64,000 nucleotides of DNA from NCBI GenBank assembly GCA_044375675.1, contig JBILMD010000002.1:105104-169103 (forward strand). Direction: 5' to 3'. The position numbers were made by a program, and so were the translations under genes. Position 1 is the first letter of the stretch. Each line of letters opens with the position of its first letter. The stretch is from Alphaproteobacteria bacterium. Its GTDB lineage: Bacteria > Pseudomonadota > Alphaproteobacteria > JAJTHO01 > CANGYM01. This document shows, piece after piece, positions 38,687 through 48,057 of this stretch. A model generated the notes under the pieces. It did not search any database. It was not told where the DNA came from and worked only from the letters and a program-made list of their open reading frames with translations.

Positions 38687-40495
38687 TTAGGTCTGGTTGA
38701 TCAATTCTTCCAGCATCTGATCTGCCGTGCTGATGACACGGGTGGCGGCGGAATAGGATCGTTGGGTAACGATCATGTTGGAGAATTCCTCGGCAATATC
38801 CACCGTAGAGGCTTCTTTAGACGATGAAACAATCCCCCCTGCTGACGCGGTGCCAGCTTGGCGCAGAATAAATTCCCCCGCCCGTTCCGTTTGGGAATAG
38901 GCATTGCCTGCCCGTGGGGCCAACCCGTCCGTGTTGGCAAAAGATACGATGGGAATTTGGTACAAAGGTTGTGTTTGACCGTTATCAAAAATGGCCGTGA
39001 CAATTCCCCGCGAATCGATATCAACCCCTGTATAGGATCCAAACGTCACCCCGTCCTGATTTAAGAAAGAGGTAAATAAGTTCGCATCATATTGGGTAAT
39101 CCCTTCTGCGACATTGGGCACAGCGGTGTTGTTGAAACGTCCAAAATCAAAACTGACCACCTGATCGGCATCCGCACCTGAGGCACTGAAATCCATGACG
39201 ATATCCAGCGTTTGGCTGTTGTTGTTGTAAAGAGACCGGCCCGCAGGGGTGGTTGTGGAATCCCCAGGCTGGGATGGGTCAATGATATCCTGTAATGTTC
39301 CATCCGCGTTGAAGTTAAAAATCAGGTAATCAAAATAATCCCCACCCGCAGCATCACTGCTATACTTGGCCGCACTGCTGAGTTTATTGGCCCCCACCGA
39401 TATGGCTGAGGGTGTGCCGCCGAAAAAAGTCGAAAGATTAGGGGCTGAGGATAAATTCATCCCACTAATGGAATCATTGCGATCGGTTGTATAAAACTCC
39501 AGCTGATTGGGGGTGACATCATCATTAATGCGCATCTGGACGCGAGGGTTGACGGCATTAATGCTGGTCATAAGGTTGCTGACATCCCCAGCCCCTAAAG
39601 CGGGGATGGTAATGGTTGTGTTGGCCCCCGTTGTGGCGTTGGTGAGGGTGAGGGAGAAGCTTTCCCCCGTCACACCCGCAGGCAATGCTGTTGTTGACGT
39701 TAAGGGTGTTGCCGAAGCGGTTCTGAAAATATAGGGGCTTGTTGAGGTCAAATCACCGATATTGGTACCTGTGACATCACGGACATCGACGATGGATCCG
39801 CGGGTGGGATCCGTGCTCATGGTCATATGCCATTGGTTGTTGGCGACTTTGGTCCATGCCACCCGTAAACTTTGGGATTGGCCCAAGCTGTCGAATACAA
39901 CAAAGTCTGTGGCGCTGACGGATCTGGGATCATTGGCCTCCCCTGTGGCGTTAATGGTGGATGAGGAGGGCAGGTTAATCCCCATTTCAACGCTGCTTGT
40001 CGCCTTGGGTTGTCCTGTGATCTGGGCAATGTTGATGGTTTCCAAGCTGACCAAGGATGTGTTGTTGGTGGGCAAATCGCCGTCTTGGTCCAGTGGCCAT
40101 CCCTGCAGATAATATCCCGCTGTGTTGACCAGATTCCCGTTTTTATCGGGTTTGAATTGGCCCGCGCGGGTATACAAATACTCATCACCAACCCCTGGGG
40201 TGGGGGTTTCATTGACCACAAACATCCCATTGCCCGATATGGCAATATCGGTTTTGTTCAGGCTGGATTCCAGCAATCCCTGCTGAGAGATTTGATTGGC
40301 GATGGATGTTCTGACCCCCCCCGCTGAGTGGCGGGTGGTGGTGGTTTGGGTCACAAAGGTGCTAAACGCTGTTTCCACGCGCTTGTATCCCGTGGTTCCC
40401 ACGTTGGCAATGTTATCGGCAATGGTGGACAGTCGCTGGGACTGTCCATTTAGACCTGAAACACCGGCAAATAAAGCTCCGAATACACCACTCAT
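38687..40495 (-). CDS. flgE: Flagellar hook protein FlgE
   Basis: N-terminal flagellar rod/hook motif (SGLNGQSQRLSTIADNIANVGTTGYKR) and C-terminal conserved flg_bbr domain. 602 aa. Confidence 0.9.
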   Translation of the reverse strand: MSGVFGALFAGVSGLNGQSQRLSTIADNIANVGTTGYKRVETAFSTFVTQTTTTRHSAGGVRTSIANQISQQGLLESSLNKTDIAISGNGMFVVNETPTPGVGDEYLYTRAGQFKPDKNGNLVNTAGYYLQGWPLDQDGDLPTNNTSLVSLETINIAQITGQPKATSSVEMGINLPSSSTINATGEANDPRSVSATDFVVFDSLGQSQSLRVAWTKVANNQWHMTMSTDPTRGSIVDVRDVTGTNIGDLTSTSPYIFRTASATPLTSTTALPAGVTGESFSLTLTNATTGANTTITIPALGAGDVSNLMTSINAVNPRVQMRINDDVTPNQLEFYTTDRNDSISGMNLSSAPNLSTFFGGTPSAISVGANKLSSAAKYSSDAAGGDYFDYLIFNFNADGTLQDIIDPSQPGDSTTTPAGRSLYNNNSQTLDIVMDFSASGADADQVVSFDFGRFNNTAVPNVAEGITQYDANLFTSFLNQDGVTFGSYTGVDIDSRGIVTAIFDNGQTQPLYQIPIVSFANTDGLAPRAGNAYSQTERAGEFILRQAGTASAGGIVSSSKEASTVDIAEEFSNMIVTQRSYSAATRVISTADQMLEELINQT

Positions 40496-40524
40496 AACGT
40501 GTTCTCCTTGTTTGGTTTTGGATT

Positions 40525-41220
40525 TTAAAAGTAAGATATTGAAATGACTTTGTCCTCGGCAATGGGAACGCCATCCACATTCAGCATGATTTTCCCCCCC
40601 TCGACCCCCGTACTGTTCACCACCCCTGTGGTGGTGGTTTCCAGATTGGTGCTTGTTTGATCGTTGGGGCCGTTACCCGTTTTGGTGACACCAACCGCCT
40701 TGAGGGTATATTGGCCTGCGGGTACGGGCAGACCTTGGGTGTTTTTTCCATCCCAAGTGACGGTTTTTAGGCCTGCCTCCCCCGATAAGGCATCCAGCGT
40801 TCGCACCACTTTTCCCTTGTTGTCCAAAATGGTGATTTTGGCGTTGGTGTATTTTTTATCGTTGGTATAGGTAAAGGTGCTGGGGGTTGTGTCATCCCCC
40901 CGCACCAATTTGTCGCTTTTGATGGAAACCGTTTGACCGATATAAGACGCGGATTCGCGCAGCAATCCCGATGTCTGGTTTCCGGAAATTTTTTCCAGAA
41001 GCGTATTGGATTTGATGTTTTGCTCGATCCCCGCAAACTGGACCAACTGGTTGGTGAATTCGCTGGCATCCATGGGTTCCATGGGGTCTTGGTTTTTCAT
41101 TTGTGTGACCAGCAATTTTAAAAACTGGTCAAAATTGTTCCCAAAGGTGGTTTTGTCCTTGGCGGTGCCTGATGTTGGCGTGCTGGGTGTGGTATTCGTA
41201 AGGGCGGCGGTGGTTGTCAT
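40525..41220 (-). CDS. flgD: Flagellar hook assembly/capping protein FlgD
   Basis: FlgD N-terminal motif FLKLLVTQMKNQDPMEPMD...EFTNQLVQFAGIEQ. Confidence 0.85.
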   Translation of the reverse strand: MTTTAALTNTTPSTPTSGTAKDKTTFGNNFDQFLKLLVTQMKNQDPMEPMDASEFTNQLVQFAGIEQNIKSNTLLEKISGNQTSGLLRESASYIGQTVSIKSDKLVRGDDTTPSTFTYTNDKKYTNAKITILDNKGKVVRTLDALSGEAGLKTVTWDGKNTQGLPVPAGQYTLKAVGVTKTGNGPNDQTSTNLETTTTGVVNSTGVEGGKIMLNVDGVPIAEDKVISISYF

Positions 41221-41229
41221 AACAATGTC

Positions 41230-42941
41230 CTAGGCGTGGATATCAAGGGCTTGATTGGGATTATAGGAGAGGGGCCGCATGGCGACGGTTTTCACGTCGG
41301 GGTCGGCCTGAACAGAGCGGCCCTTTAAGTCTGCGACTTTTTGTTCAAACGCTTGGCGTTGGTCGTGATAGGCAAAGGACAATCCCCCCTGTCCCATTTT
41401 CAGTCCGGCCTGTTGCAACATATCCTGCAGAGAGGACGCATCGCGGCGCAGCCAGTCATAGGTGTCTTGCCGATCGGTGCCGATGACGGCATTAACGGTG
41501 CCATCCTGCGCGATGTCCATGGCGACATCCACGGTGCCGAGGCGCTCGGGGCTCATTTTAATCCGAATTTGGGTGTTTTCATCGTCCATGCCTTTTTTGA
41601 TGGTCATGGCCAGATTTTCGCGGGCATGTTGGGTTTCCATGGGCGTTAAAGCGGCCGCCTGATGAAATGCCATCATCCGCTGAGAAGACCCTGCCGTGGT
41701 GTCCGTCATTGGGGACAGCGGTTGAGACAAAGAGGCCGTTGGCATAGAGAGTGGCCCATTTTCCCCCAAAGGGGTGTCTTGACGATGCGGGGCCCCAAAC
41801 CCTTCCACTTTCAAGGGGGAGGCATCAGCCACCGTTGAAAACTCAAGCGCCTTGACGGGATCAGCGGTATTTTGGGGAGATCCCTCAAAACTGGCCAAAC
41901 GCACAGGTGTGGTGTCTTTGGGAGTATCATTCACCGCTGCAATCTCTTTGGTGACAGGCGAAGAGGTTAGAGCGGATTTTTTCTTAGTGTCCGCTGCTGG
42001 CAAAGAGGCGAGGGTTTTTATGGGCAGGGATTCAGCTTGGGCCAGAACGGTTGCGGCCTGCTGAGAGGTATTCAGCGCCTCACCCTGATGGGTGGGGGTT
42101 AAGTCTGGCAAAGGGGCGGTTAAAGGGCGGTCCGTCCCAGATAATCTTTTGTTGTCGGCCACCTGCATGGGGGCCTTCAGGCTGGCCATGGCATTCAGGG
42201 CGGCATCCAAATCCTCTTGAACCGTGGGCATAGAGGCGGCAGGGGCGGAGGTATCAGGTTTTTTAGAGAGAGCAGCAAGAGGGAGCTTGGCAGAACCTGC
42301 AGGATCTGCCGGCGCTAAGGATGCTGTTTCATCAATGGGGGCCGGCATTTCTGTCAGGTTATTAGGCTGCGGCGCTTTATACCCCTCAAGAGCAGAAAGA
42401 GGGCGCGGCGAAAGACCGCCATCCTGCGTTTCGCCCACCAAGGTTTTCACGTCATTGTGAACTGGGGCAAAACTGGGCAAGGCGGCAGGAACGAAAGGCA
42501 ATGGGGTCGTTACAGAAAGACCGGCGGTGTTGGTTTGTTTTTTTGCCTCTTTTAGGGGATCCAAATCAGCGCTACCTCCATCCAGAGGGTTTTCAGAGGG
42601 CTTATTTTGAAAGGGGAGGCCCAAGGGGATTTGGCCATCCAAAAGGGAAGATTCCATGGGAAGATTTGACCCCTCTGTAGGGGAGTTTTGAAAATCCAGA
42701 ACCGGCAGGGCCACAGGAAAGAGGAAAGGAAGAAAGGGGGCCGTGCCTTCGGTGGATTCCGATGTGTTTTTTGGAAAATCCATGATGCTTCCATCTCCAG
42801 AAAAACCATCCAAAGCCCCCAGAATGGAACCAAAGTTTTCCTTGGCGCTGGCATCCGGCTTTCCAAACACGGATAAAATACCCATGTCTTGGCCGGACAG
42901 GCCTTCGGTTGTTAGCGATGAAAAGGGGTTGGTCCCTATCA
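41230..42941 (-). CDS. fliK: Flagellar hook-length control protein FliK (start uncertain)
   Basis: Long Pro/Ala/Ser-rich low-complexity region followed by a FliK C-terminal domain (MAFHQ...LGTVDVAMDIAQDGTVNAVIGTDRQDTYDWLRRD). Position upstream of flgD-flgE. Confidence 0.65.
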
Positions 42942-43058
42942 TGATCTGATCATTTCTTGTGTGTTGGTTTCCCATTATGCAAACAGTGGGCCAAAAAAAC
43001 GCTTGCTTTTTTCGCGCAATACATTTAAAATGTAAAACAATCCAAAGGGCCGCTGACA

Positions 43059-43478
43059 ATGATTTTTGATGAGGATACGCATGCTTTGGCTCTGGCCACA
43101 GAGAATCCCCGCTTGGCGCGAGAGCTGCGGTTCCACCTTTTGACATGCAGTTTAGAGGAACTCAGGCATCATTTTGATGCAACGTTCCAAAAAATGGGGG
43201 CCCTTGGCGCATGTGGGTACAGTCCTGAAAAAATAGAGCCATTTGAACGTGCCCTTGTGTCCATCCTGCTGGAACTTCGTGTGCGCGGCTACGAATCTGA
43301 TTACAATGGAAATATTTACAAAAGCGCCTTTATCGTGCCGGTTCCTGAACATTACCCATCAGAGCGGGAACGTCAAAAATATCGTCTGCACAGTTTAGAC
43401 CCTGATTTCTTTCGTAGCCTTTATAACAAAACCCTGCAGACCTTGCGCTCCAAAGTTAAGCAAGAGAGCAAAGCCTAA
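43059..43478 (+). CDS. Hypothetical protein (139 aa)
   Basis: ORF with no recognisable motif, divergent from fliK. Confidence 0.4.
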   Translation: MIFDEDTHALALATENPRLARELRFHLLTCSLEELRHHFDATFQKMGALGACGYSPEKIEPFERALVSILLELRVRGYESDYNGNIYKSAFIVPVPEHYPSERERQKYRLHSLDPDFFRSLYNKTLQTLRSKVKQESKA

Positions 43479-43514
43479 GTCTAACAACGACACCAACGGA
43501 AGGAAGATTTCATA

Positions 43515-43703
43515 ATGTCCATGGTGGTCCCCCATTTTGCCCCAGAGGGTCAAAAGAGCGCAGCGCGTCACGATGAATCTTTACTGGATAAAGTCTTACA
43601 AGATAAGGGTCAAACCATACCTTCCCCCAAAGAGCGTTTGCAGGATGTTTTAAATTTGTTTGAGGAAAAGAATGACGCTCTTTTAGGAAAGCAAGCGCCA
43701 TAA
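43515..43703 (+). CDS. Hypothetical small protein (62 aa)
   Basis: Strong RBS GGAAGGAAG 8 nt upstream of the ATG. Hydrophilic, no recognisable domain. Confidence 0.35.
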   Translation: MSMVVPHFAPEGQKSAARHDESLLDKVLQDKGQTIPSPKERLQDVLNLFEEKNDALLGKQAP

Positions 43704-43792
43704 TCCCAAAACATCAGGTCCTAAAGAATCATGGCCAAGGGGGTTGTTTTCGCGTATAAGAACCTCTTTGTTCAATAAAGATTGGATTTTTC

Positions 43793-45436
43793 ATGACGGT
43801 ACCTCAGGCTTTTTCCTTTATTCCCTTGGGGGGATGTCAGGAAATTGGGATGAATCTTAATGTGTACGCCTACAAGGGGAAACTTTTGGTGGTGGATTGC
43901 GGCGTGACGTTCGGTGATGCCAGCACGCCAGGCATTGATTTGATTGTGGCGGATCCTGGGTATCTGCTGGATAACCGCGATAAAATTGTGGGTTTGGTGT
44001 GTACGCACGGTCACGAAGATCATATCGGGGCCATTCCCTATGTCTGGCCAGAACTGGAATGTCCCATTTATGCCACGGATTTCACGGCGGCTTTGGTGCG
44101 GCAAAAATTGCTGGGTGTGGTGCAAAATCCCCCCATCAAAAAATTGCCCCTTTCGGGCACCTGCACCATTGGCCCTTTTACCATTGAATTGATTACGCTG
44201 ACCCATTCCATACCCGAGCCCAACGCCGTTTTGATCACCACAAAGGCCGGATCGGTGCTGCACACGGGGGACTGGAAACTGGATCCGGATCCACGGGTGG
44301 GCCAGACCTCTGACGAAGCCAGACTGCGGTCTCTGGGCCAAGAGGGCGTGCTGGCCATGGTGTGTGATTCCACCAACGTGTTTTGTGAAGGCAGCACGGG
44401 GTCAGAGGCCGATGTGGCCAAAAACCTGATTGATGTCATGAAATCATGCGAAAAAACGGTGTTTGTCGGATGTTTTGCCACCAACGTGGCCCGTGTGCAA
44501 AGCATTGCTGAGGCCGCCTTGGCCTGTGATCGCGCGGTGGCCTTGGTTGGGAAATCCATGTGGCGCATTGACAAAGCGGCGCGGGATACTGGGTATTTGA
44601 AACACATCCCCCCGTTTTTGGACAGCGAGCAAGCCCGTTTGGCCCCCCGTCACAAGTTGGTTTACATCGCCACAGGGTCCCAAGGGGAATCGCGGGCGGC
44701 TTTGGGGAAAATTGCCCGCGGGGAACATCCCGATGTGGCGGTTCAAAAGGGCGATACGGTGATTTTTTCATCCCGCGTGATTCCGGGGAATGAAAAATCC
44801 ATTTATGCCCTGCAAAATCAACTCTCAGAGCGCGGCGCAAAAATCATCACGGAAAAAGACGCCATGATTCACGTGTCAGGGCACCCGTCACGGGATGATT
44901 TAAAAACGCTGTACGATTGGGTTCGCCCCAAAAGCTCCATTCCGGTCCACGGAGAGCCCCGTCATATCCGCGAACATGCGGCTTTTGCCAAAACCTGCGG
45001 CGTGCCCCACAGTCTGGTGGCCCACAACGGCGCCATCATCAAGCTGGAGGGCGATCACCCCACCATCACCAGTCAAATCGACGTCACCCGCATGGGGGTT
45101 CATGGATCCCGCCTGATGCCCCTGTTTGGTCAGCGTCACAAGCGTTTGCATCAGGTGTTGCAGGATGGGTATCTGGCGGTGTGTGTTCCGTTTCACACGA
45201 AAAAACAAACCATCAGCAAAACACCCGTATTTTTTCATGTCAACCTGCTGGATGATGATGAATTTCAGGAGATGGAGGCCGATTTTCACGGCTGCCTGAT
45301 GGAAGCCTGTTTGGATTTGGAAGAGGGCGCCAAAAAACCCCACATCATCGCCATGATGAAAAAGGCCCTGCGGCAAATGCTGCGCGAAGAAATCGGCAGA
45401 AACCCCCGTATTGATGTGGTTTTGATGGAGGGGTAG
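43793..45436 (+). CDS. rnj: Ribonuclease J (RNA-metabolising metallo-beta-lactamase)
   Basis: MBL motif II HGHEDHIG, beta-CASP and RMMBL C-terminal domains. 547 aa. Confidence 0.9.
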   Translation: MTVPQAFSFIPLGGCQEIGMNLNVYAYKGKLLVVDCGVTFGDASTPGIDLIVADPGYLLDNRDKIVGLVCTHGHEDHIGAIPYVWPELECPIYATDFTAALVRQKLLGVVQNPPIKKLPLSGTCTIGPFTIELITLTHSIPEPNAVLITTKAGSVLHTGDWKLDPDPRVGQTSDEARLRSLGQEGVLAMVCDSTNVFCEGSTGSEADVAKNLIDVMKSCEKTVFVGCFATNVARVQSIAEAALACDRAVALVGKSMWRIDKAARDTGYLKHIPPFLDSEQARLAPRHKLVYIATGSQGESRAALGKIARGEHPDVAVQKGDTVIFSSRVIPGNEKSIYALQNQLSERGAKIITEKDAMIHVSGHPSRDDLKTLYDWVRPKSSIPVHGEPRHIREHAAFAKTCGVPHSLVAHNGAIIKLEGDHPTITSQIDVTRMGVHGSRLMPLFGQRHKRLHQVLQDGYLAVCVPFHTKKQTISKTPVFFHVNLLDDDEFQEMEADFHGCLMEACLDLEEGAKKPHIIAMMKKALRQMLREEIGRNPRIDVVLMEG

Positions 45437-45452
45437 GGGGCCTTCCCCCCCC

Positions 45453-46343
45453 CTACATCTTCACCACCGGTGCGCCCTGCGTGCGTTTTAATTTGTGTTC
45501 GCGGCGGATGATGTAGAGGTTTGAGAGGAAAATGATGGCCGCGCCGATCCAGGTGGTGGGGCTGACGACCTCGTGAAAAAAAATGTATCCAAAGGCGGCG
45601 GCAAAGGGCAGGCGGAAAAAATCCAGCGGCGAGGCCTCTGACGATTCCATGGTTTCAAAGGCCCGAATCACGCCGTATTGACCGATTTGCGCCGTCACCC
45701 CCATCAGGGCAATCAGGCCGATTTGGTATGCGGAGGGGGTTTGCAGCCCCAGCAGCAAAAGGGGCATGGAAAACATCAACATAAACGCGGCAATCAGGCT
45801 GAGCATCAAAATGGGGGGGTGCCGTAACGACAGATGCTTGATCAGGGTGATGGAAATGGCGGCCAAAACGGCGGAGGCAAGGCCGCTAACGACGCCCAGC
45901 CAAGGCAGCAGATGCGGCCCCTGAGGGTTGATGATGATCAAAACCCCGATAAACCCAAAACCAATGGCGGCCCAGCGGTGCCAGCGGACCACTTCGCCCA
46001 AAAACAAAACGGCGGCCAAGGTGGCAAACATGGGGGTGGTAAAGCTGATGACCACGGCATCGGCCATGGGCAGCATGGCGATGGTATAAAACCACAGCAG
46101 CATGGCCACCACCCCGCATAGCGAGCGATAGGCATGGATGCGCACGCGGATGGTTTTGGCATAATGCCATGTTGGGGCGGCCCAGGGCAGCATGGCCAGC
46201 AGGGCGGCAAAGTTACGCCAGAACACCACTTGGGTGACGGGCATATCCGCGCTCAGCCAGCGCACGCACGAGGCCACGATGCTCATCATAAAGCAAAACA
46301 GCAGGATCCACAGGGGACCCCGCCAAGCGTGCCAGCGCGTCAT
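45453..46343 (-). CDS. DMT-superfamily (EamA-like) transporter
   Basis: Ten predicted TM helices in two EamA repeats. Start chosen at MTRWHAW. Confidence 0.8.
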   Translation of the reverse strand: MTRWHAWRGPLWILLFCFMMSIVASCVRWLSADMPVTQVVFWRNFAALLAMLPWAAPTWHYAKTIRVRIHAYRSLCGVVAMLLWFYTIAMLPMADAVVISFTTPMFATLAAVLFLGEVVRWHRWAAIGFGFIGVLIIINPQGPHLLPWLGVVSGLASAVLAAISITLIKHLSLRHPPILMLSLIAAFMLMFSMPLLLLGLQTPSAYQIGLIALMGVTAQIGQYGVIRAFETMESSEASPLDFFRLPFAAAFGYIFFHEVVSPTTWIGAAIIFLSNLYIIRREHKLKRTQGAPVVKM

Positions 46344-46354
46344 GAAAACGACTC

Positions 46355-46849
46355 CTACAAAAAGCGGTGCATGATGTGCGTATCCACCCACCCCAGCGTG
46401 TGGTGGCGATAGGCACGGGGAACCGTTCCAATGATGCGAAAGCCCAAGGATTGCCAAAGATGCAGCGCCCGTTGGTTCGTGCTGACCACGGAATTGAACA
46501 GCATGGCGGTATAGCCTTGGCGGCGGGCCTCATCCAGCGCAAACTGGCCGATTGTCCGGCCATAACCGCGTCCGTGATGGGCGGGATCAATGATAAAGGT
46601 GGCGTTGGCAACCTGATGACGTCCCGGGCCCCCAAAGTTAGGGCGCAGCATGATGGTGCCGATGATGGTGTCCCCCAAAACCAGTTTGAAAATCTGGTGG
46701 TGTTTGGAAAACCAGATGGCCTTGGCGGTGTCAAAGTCTAAGCCATCAGGCATGCAAAAGGCATTGTCGTCACGGGTGATGGGCTTAAAGAAAGACCAGA
46801 TGGCGTGAAAATCCTCCGGCGTGGCCGGTTTGATATGGGGTGTGTCCAT
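46355..46849 (-). CDS. GNAT-family N-acetyltransferase
   Basis: Acetyl-CoA binding motif A region (HHGRGYGRTIGQFALDEARRQGY). 164 aa. Confidence 0.75.
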   Translation of the reverse strand: MDTPHIKPATPEDFHAIWSFFKPITRDDNAFCMPDGLDFDTAKAIWFSKHHQIFKLVLGDTIIGTIMLRPNFGGPGRHQVANATFIIDPAHHGRGYGRTIGQFALDEARRQGYTAMLFNSVVSTNQRALHLWQSLGFRIIGTVPRAYRHHTLGWVDTHIMHRFL

Positions 46850-46861
46850 AATGGGCAGGCC

Positions 46862-47371
46862 CTAAAACGGGATTTCGTCATCAAGCTCTTTTTCCAAATG
46901 GACCGCAGGGGCGGAGGACCGCGTTTCGGGGCTGTCATAATACAAAGCCCCGTCACCCGGGCCGGCCAGAGAGGATCCCCCCTCGTACCCACTGCCGCCG
47001 CGGGCGCCGCCGCCGTCGGATTTGGTATCCAGCAGGGTCAGCTCGCCTTTAAAGCGGGAAATGACAATTTCTGTTGTGTATTTTTCAACGTTGCTTTGGT
47101 CGGTCCATTTGCGGGTTTGCAGTTGGCCCTCGATAAAAATGCGGCTGCCTTTTTTGACATAGCGCTCGGCGATATCCGCCAGTTTGTCGTTAAAAATCAC
47201 CACGCGGTGCCATTCGGTGCGGTCTTTGCGCTCCCCCGATTGTTTGTCGCGCCATGTTTCGGATGTGGCCAAGGTAAGCGTCGCCAATTTGGTCCCATCC
47301 TGGGAGGTGCGAATTTCAGGGTCTTTGCCCACGTTGCCAATCAGCATGACTTTGTTTAAACTTCCGGCCAT
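46862..47371 (-). CDS. ssb: Single-stranded DNA-binding protein
   Basis: OB-fold N-terminus (NKVMLIGNVGKDPEIR), Gly-rich linker and acidic C-terminal tip DDEIPF. Confidence 0.95.
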   Translation of the reverse strand: MAGSLNKVMLIGNVGKDPEIRTSQDGTKLATLTLATSETWRDKQSGERKDRTEWHRVVIFNDKLADIAERYVKKGSRIFIEGQLQTRKWTDQSNVEKYTTEIVISRFKGELTLLDTKSDGGGARGGSGYEGGSSLAGPGDGALYYDSPETRSSAPAVHLEKELDDEIPF

Positions 47372-47457
47372 AAAAGAATCCCCATCACTGTGTTGTCATC
47401 AATCAAAAACCGAATCATAATCCCCGCAGGGGTTGGAGGCAATAAAAAATAGAGGGT

Positions 47458-47560
47458 GACTTGCGCACAACCTTTGTCATTGCGAGCGCAGCGAAGCAAT
47501 CCAGACATGCCGCCACGGGAAAGACTGGATTGCCACGCCTCCTGCGGAGGCTCGCAATGT
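47458..47560. repeat. Structured repeat family A (copy 2)
   Basis: ~97% identical to 24281-24400 over about 100 bp, with the same nested inverted repeats. Confidence 0.65.
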
Positions 47561-47579
47561 GCGTAAGTCTTAAAACCTT

Positions 47580-47846
47580 TTAAGCATCAGAGGCGAGAAT
47601 CTCTGACAGGATTTCAGGGGTTAGGCCGCGCTGGGCTGCTTTTTCGGCAAGGTCATGGCGCAAAGACAGGAAATTTTGGGATTTTAACGCCTGCCACTGG
47701 GCAAAATCTTGCATGGAAATGACGGCCACGCAATCGCGCTTGTGCCGCTTGATAATCACAGGCGCATGCTGGGCCCGATCCAAAAGAGCCCCAAAATGGT
47801 TTTGCGCGTCTCGAGAGGACATAATGTCAGTCATGATGAACATCAC
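47580..47846 (-). CDS. Phd/YefM-family type II antitoxin, orphan (no adjacent toxin ORF)
   Basis: NHFGALLDRAQHAPVIIKRHKRDCVAVISMQDF matches the Phd/YefM fold pattern. The start codon is ambiguous (GTG/ATG options). Confidence 0.65.
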   Translation of the reverse strand: MMFIMTDIMSSRDAQNHFGALLDRAQHAPVIIKRHKRDCVAVISMQDFAQWQALKSQNFLSLRHDLAEKAAQRGLTPEILSEILASDA

Positions 47847-48057
47847 AGTCTATGGGATGATTGGTTATAAGTGTAGCGATAATAGAGATTTTTGTCAAGA
47901 TTTTGATCCCAAAACATCACTTCCCCCCAAAAAAATTTTTTGGGTTTGGCGGGAAAATGTGATATTTGTTATAGTTGTGAAAAGTGAGATTTGTTATATT
48001 TTTTCTCTAAAATAACTTAAGAAGCCAAAGCATTCTAGAAAAGGTTTTTATACGTTT

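Noticed and set aside
45437-45452. C9-10 tract between rnj and the DMT transporter, as a possible phase-variation site
   Set aside because: It is intergenic between convergent genes and forms GTAGGGGG/CCCCCTAC hairpin arms, so it is more simply a bidirectional terminator.
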